From positions 158,113,036 through 158,177,035 of the forward strand of contig NC_085842.1 of NCBI RefSeq assembly GCF_035594765.1: 64,000 nt of DNA, read 5' to 3'. This stretch comes from Anolis carolinensis (Eukaryota). This document shows, piece by piece, positions 61,648-64,000 of this stretch. A program made the position numbers and the translations under genes. The notes beneath the pieces were generated by a model. The model made no database searches. It saw only the letters and a program-made list of their open reading frames with translations, and had not been told where the DNA came from. Positions within the stretch are counted from its first letter, which is position 1; the number at the start of each line of letters is the position of its first letter.

Positions 61648-63740
61648 AGACAAGCTCAGAAAAGATGACACTGCTGTCTGGCAGTGACGTCATCTCTGTA
61701 TAAAAATAGATTATATTCTCTTTTTCTCCATTCTAGCGTGTATTTCTGAGTAAATATGCTAGGCCAGAGCACTTCCTAAATATTTGAATATGTACACTTA
61801 GTGTTGTTCTGTAGCCACTTCACCCTCTTTAACTATGTAATTATATTTGTTACTATTTGAGCCAATGGGTTAACATAGTAAGTTAGGGCAGAACTCAGAC
61901 CAATTGTTTTGGAATTGCTTGAAGTGAATCAGTTGTCCATATATATCAGGAATGGGATTCTATTCTGATTTCTATATGTTGTTAGATGATCGCATCCAGC
62001 AACTGTAACCAATGAGGAGAGATGAAGGGAGATGCAATCCAGCAACATTGGGAGGGATGCACAAATACAACCACTAATGTGCATTTTTCAGTACTTGGTG
62101 TTTTGAAGCACTTCCATTTAACTTGTATAAACTGCACTGACAATTATATACTGAATGGAAGCTGTTTTTATTTTTAAAGACAGGTTAAAGAAACAGTGCA
62201 ACCCTATCCAGAAAGCATATTCAGAGAATATCTAGTGAAATTTTATTACATTTTTTTTCAGGAGCAGTTGAAAAATCTTCCAAGGGAACAGATTCATATA
62301 TGTTCTCAAATGAGTCAAATAGCTATGTGTTATATATCAAGAAAAGGGAGAGCTTCCATGGCAAAAATGCCATAGGAAAGTTAATAAAAGTGCAAGATCG
62401 GTGGTAGTGCTTGCTTTTTAAACTAAAAATTCAAGTTCTCCAATTGGAGTCTTCTGCAAAATAAACAGCTGCAAGAATATTTAGCCCATAAATCTGTCTA
62501 AAGTACTAAAACAGCCTATATTCTTTCCACATAAATATTCACTCCTAGTTATCCCACATTTTTTTTAATTTTAACAATAAAATGTAGAATGGAAGAGCTC
62601 ATTTTGTTGTTGCAGCTGCTGAACAATTCTTTGGTCACAGTGATGTATTACAAATTTCACAGTCTGCTTTACCTTTCTCCAACACCTGACGTAAGGGGAA
62701 AGGTCAAAGACCTCAGTGTGGTCCCACTTGCTTTTTTGTGCCAACATTGAAGGAGAAAGAAAACCGTATAGACATCTTCTCCCTTCTGTCTTGGCCCTTA
62801 AATGCTTCCAGCCTAGGTAGCAGCGCTTATTTGCATGTGCAGACCAATCTCATACCATACTTTCTAAGTTCTCTTTGGAGAGATCTTCAGCTGCTTCTTC
62901 AGCTTGTCTGGTTCCCAAGATGTATGTGTCCTGGTAATCCTTGAGCAGCTTTACCACCTCCAAATGATTAAACTGGATAGCATCATCCAAGGCTATGTTT
63001 CCCCACCTGCAAAGAAGGTACATTGGGATGACAGTGATTGGCTGAGGACAGAGAAACTAGGGAACCACCTGCCAACAACCCTAACTATCATTACCAAACA
63101 GACCATCCTAGTATTTATCAATCAGTGCTCTCCAACTACTACAATCATACATCAGAGAAGGTACCAGTGAAAACAAGCAGTATAAATTCAGGGATGCATT
63201 TACTATAGTGGAAGGATCTCCACTGGATCTCTAGAAAATTGGAGAGTCCTTTCTCAAAGAGGGGTCAATTAAACCCCTCTCAGATCAAGGGGCAAATCTG
63301 ATCAGTATAGTCATCCTAATCTTAAAACAAACATTGTTGGGAAAGAACAACATACATATCCCCCATCTAACATTTTGCCGCTAGTAATGACAATACTTGT
63401 AATTGGAGAGGAGTAGGAAGTGCCCAAGTATTTCTCTTATCCAGGCCACAGACACATTCATGTACATGTGTACACTTGAAAGCAACACAGACCACTGCTG
63501 CATGTCTTGCTGAGGGAATTGCACACATATTTGTCTAGAGCTGGTGCTGAGATTATGTATGAACAGCTCTGAAAATGTAGGAACAGGTAATATACAAAGT
63601 CAAAAACAGCCCACCATTTAATGATGTGTGGCCTGTCACATGAGGGTCACTTTTCTTGGTCTTATACTTTTAGTCAGGCAGCCAAAATGGTTTATTAAGT
63701 TCTTGATGAGTTGTGCGATGTGCAGGCGTGGTCTAAACTA

Positions 63741-64000
63741 GGTAAAGGTAAAGGTTTTCCTCTGACGTTAAGTCCAGTCGTGACCGACTCTGGAGGTTGG
63801 TGCTCATCTCCATTTCTAAGCCGAAGAGCCGGCGTTGTCCATAGACACCTCCAAGGTCATGTGGCCAGCGTGACTGCATGGAGCGCTGTTACCTTCCTGC
63901 TGGAGCGGTACCTATTTATCTACTCACATTTGCATGTTTTCAAACTGCTAGGTTGGCAGGAGCTGGGGCTAACAGCGGGTGCTCATGCCGCTCCCGGGAT
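63741..64000 (-). mobile_element. Sauria SINE (cut by window edge)
   Basis: Homology to the other copies. Confidence 0.9.

Noticed and set aside
59800-63700. GLS2 terminal exons expected by synteny
   Set aside because: No glutaminase or ankyrin peptide found; at most UTR or intergenic sequence

Overview
Eukaryotic, repeat-rich vertebrate DNA. The Sauria SINEs together with BovB/RTE, CR1, L2, L1, Penelope elements and hAT/Tc1/Harbinger MITEs point to a squamate reptile, most likely an Anolis-type lizard. Three spliced genes can be assembled by hand from GT-AG-bounded exons. On the minus strand are MIP/AQP0 (4 exons, 263 aa, 25471-33394) and, tandemly upstream, an AQP14-type aquaporin (5 exons including a 15-nt coding first exon, 273 aa, 41685-51127). 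Divergent from these on the plus strand is SPRYD4 (2 exons, 212 aa, 55075-59756). The left 15 kb has no recognisable coding exon but holds three CpG-rich promoter-like patches (an E-box cluster, ETS-CRE, E2F/NRF1). These probably belong to a minus-strand gene leaving the window, TIMELESS by vertebrate synteny, which is inference only. Most notable features: an apparently perfect 490-bp inverted duplication in MIP intron 1; Penelope-derived hammerhead ribozyme motifs, including a double inverted-ribozyme cassette in SPRYD4 intron 1 with a sister copy 20 kb away; an AQP14 filter lacking aromatic and His residues; AQP0 substitutions at junction and pH-sensing residues; a YY1/TISU array at SPRYD4; and a duplicated ~250-bp module flanking AQP14 exon 1. 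Most ORFs in the supplied track are spurious or transposon-derived.
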